Below are positions 62,475-64,000 of a stretch of DNA of 64,000 nt, piece after piece. The stretch covers positions 110,361-174,360 of the forward strand of contig NMRA01000641.1 in NCBI GenBank assembly GCA_002633005.1, read 5' to 3'. Below the pieces are notes generated by a model that saw nothing but the letters and a program-made list of their open reading frames with translations, did no database searches and was not told the origin of the DNA. The position numbers were made by a program, and so were the translations under genes. Positions within the stretch are counted from its first letter, which is position 1, and every line of letters begins with the position of its first letter. Source of the DNA: Phoronis australis (taxonomy: Eukaryota > Animalia > Phoronida).

Positions 62475-62683
62475 CAACTCTAGAAACTTCGGAGGCAATT
62501 TCGTCGTATATCCCCATGGCAACAGCACAAGTTGAGAAAAGGAGTGGAGAGTGACAAACATTGACAGTTCCTCTCGTCTGCTGAGCACAAACTTTGCAAG
62601 ATTTCGAGCACAATTTTCTGAAAAAGCCTGTTCACCGCCATACAGCAGTGAACATGGCTCGTGCAGACTAGTGGTCCCATTTC
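62475..62683 (-). CDS. M14A metallocarboxypeptidase, internal exon (upstream exons beyond window)
   Basis: CAG acceptor 62684-62686, GTAAGA donor; EPCSLLYGGEQAFSE and zinc-ligand motif TLHSFSQLVLLPWGY (His196 equivalent); 209 bp. Confidence 0.93.
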
Positions 62684-63277
62684 CTGGAAAAAGAGCACAA
62701 CTCCAACAATTGTTTTTTCGTTTCAAGGAATAAATTATCCAGACATCAAGTAAGAGTTCATTGTTCGGAGCTTTCCCTTTAAGCTTTTAATTCTTAAAAG
62801 AATTCGGTGGTAGCTTTAGGCCTCATGCTTCACTGTTGACATTTCATACGATAAAACGTTAACTCCGTGGCCACGTGATTAGAAAAGAAAAAAACGAGTT
62901 ATTGCGATCATAGAACTGTGCGAATGGAATGCCAACTCCGGTGCGTGACTCCTAATACAGTCCCTGATTCTAGTGATAGAGTTAGCAGCCACGAGATTTC
63001 ATGGGACTAGCCGCTTTGTGAATTCCCGGTTGAAGCTCGGCTGACTCGGAGATTTGATCGAGTGCTGTAATTATGAAATCGAACCTAATGACATTGCTTC
63101 CTTTTCATTTTGTCATTTTTGGTTGATGAATTTATCATTGACAATTTAAATGCTGAACTTATGAAAACAAATCTGTAGTTACTTTCGATAACTGAATTGA
63201 AAGCAGGTGATCCTTCGTTTGGCAATGTTTGGGGCCATCAGAACGTACACTAAGCCAAATTTCTACGAAACTATTAA

Positions 63278-64000
63278 AGGAGAATGCCACCCAAAAAACA
63301 ACCTAGTTTGTATCAATTTAGATCGAGTAGTTGCACTCGATAACAGCAACTTCAGTTGTTTTACCTGACACCTAACGGCAGACGGAGGTGTTGAAATTAA
63401 CCAATGACGTAATCGGCTCGAACGCAGTCTGTTCAGCAGTTCACAACACCCTTACTGGTGTCAGCTTATCGCTTGAATTCATCGTTTTACACCAATAAAT
63501 CATCAAAATTTGATGTAAAACCCTTACAAATTCATCGAGTAATTGAAGAAACGTGTTATTTTTTTCGCTGTTACGGATTTTCAGGTATTTGAACGTACCG
63601 CAACCTACAAAGTTCGGTAGGTCAAATTATCAACTAGGTCGGTCGCGGGAGTTTCGGGTCTGTTCGATGATGAATTCAAATTATTCGTCCGTGAAATACA
63701 GATAGGAGAACATAGCTGTGTGGTGTAATTTTAGACTTGTGATTTTTCAGTTCTAAACACACAAAACGCTTGTTATCCCGGTCAGTGACTCGGAATAACC
63801 CGATCAGGCCCATGCATGCATCGCGGCCAGACTGAAGACATCACGAACATAAACCAGCCAAAGTTGGAAACTAAACTTCCAGTCGCGAAAAGACTATACT
63901 AGTGAGCCAAAGAAACAATGTGCACGTGATTATTTTGGTGAATTGGCTGCGAAACTGCAATTCTACTAACTAGCTCGTCGGGGGCCGCGAAGACAGGTTA
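63278..64000. mobile_element. Second Kolobok-type element (left end), same family as 4047-4979
   Basis: TTAA at 63274-63277 then AGGAGAATGCCACCC; colinear similarity with 4047-~4565 up to ~63812; right end outside window. Confidence 0.82.

Noticed and set aside
63010-63045. FNREF on the minus strand as the carboxypeptidase NRNF motif exon
   Set aside because: Lacks GVD.NRN context and suitable splice sites; the true exon is probably beyond the window

Overview
Eukaryotic, intron-rich genomic DNA from an animal, most plausibly a marine invertebrate (taxon not determinable from sequence alone), in a draft assembly with three long N gaps and several single-N joins that duplicate flanking sequence. 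Three host genes are visible: a complete six-exon RPS3A (eS1) gene on the minus strand (26791-39043, 262 aa, 5' TOP/TCT start); a single-coding-exon F-box/LRR-like gene on the plus strand (45297-46742), head-to-head with RPS3A; and the last three exons of an M14A carboxypeptidase on the minus strand (55987-62683) with a CPA-type specificity pocket and a GPI-like tail. The rest is largely transposon-derived: two Ty3/Gypsy remnants, a Penelope-like relic with a degenerate hammerhead core, two LINE relics, Kolobok-type TTAA elements, nested hAT-like elements with 5- and 6-bp TSDs, MITEs, Helitron/Helentron-like ends and satellites. No clearly new multi-gene system is supported. The most unusual lead is a ~143-nt structured segment just upstream of RPS3A whose helix order and two motifs resemble the catalytic domain of RNase MRP RNA; this is speculative and untested.
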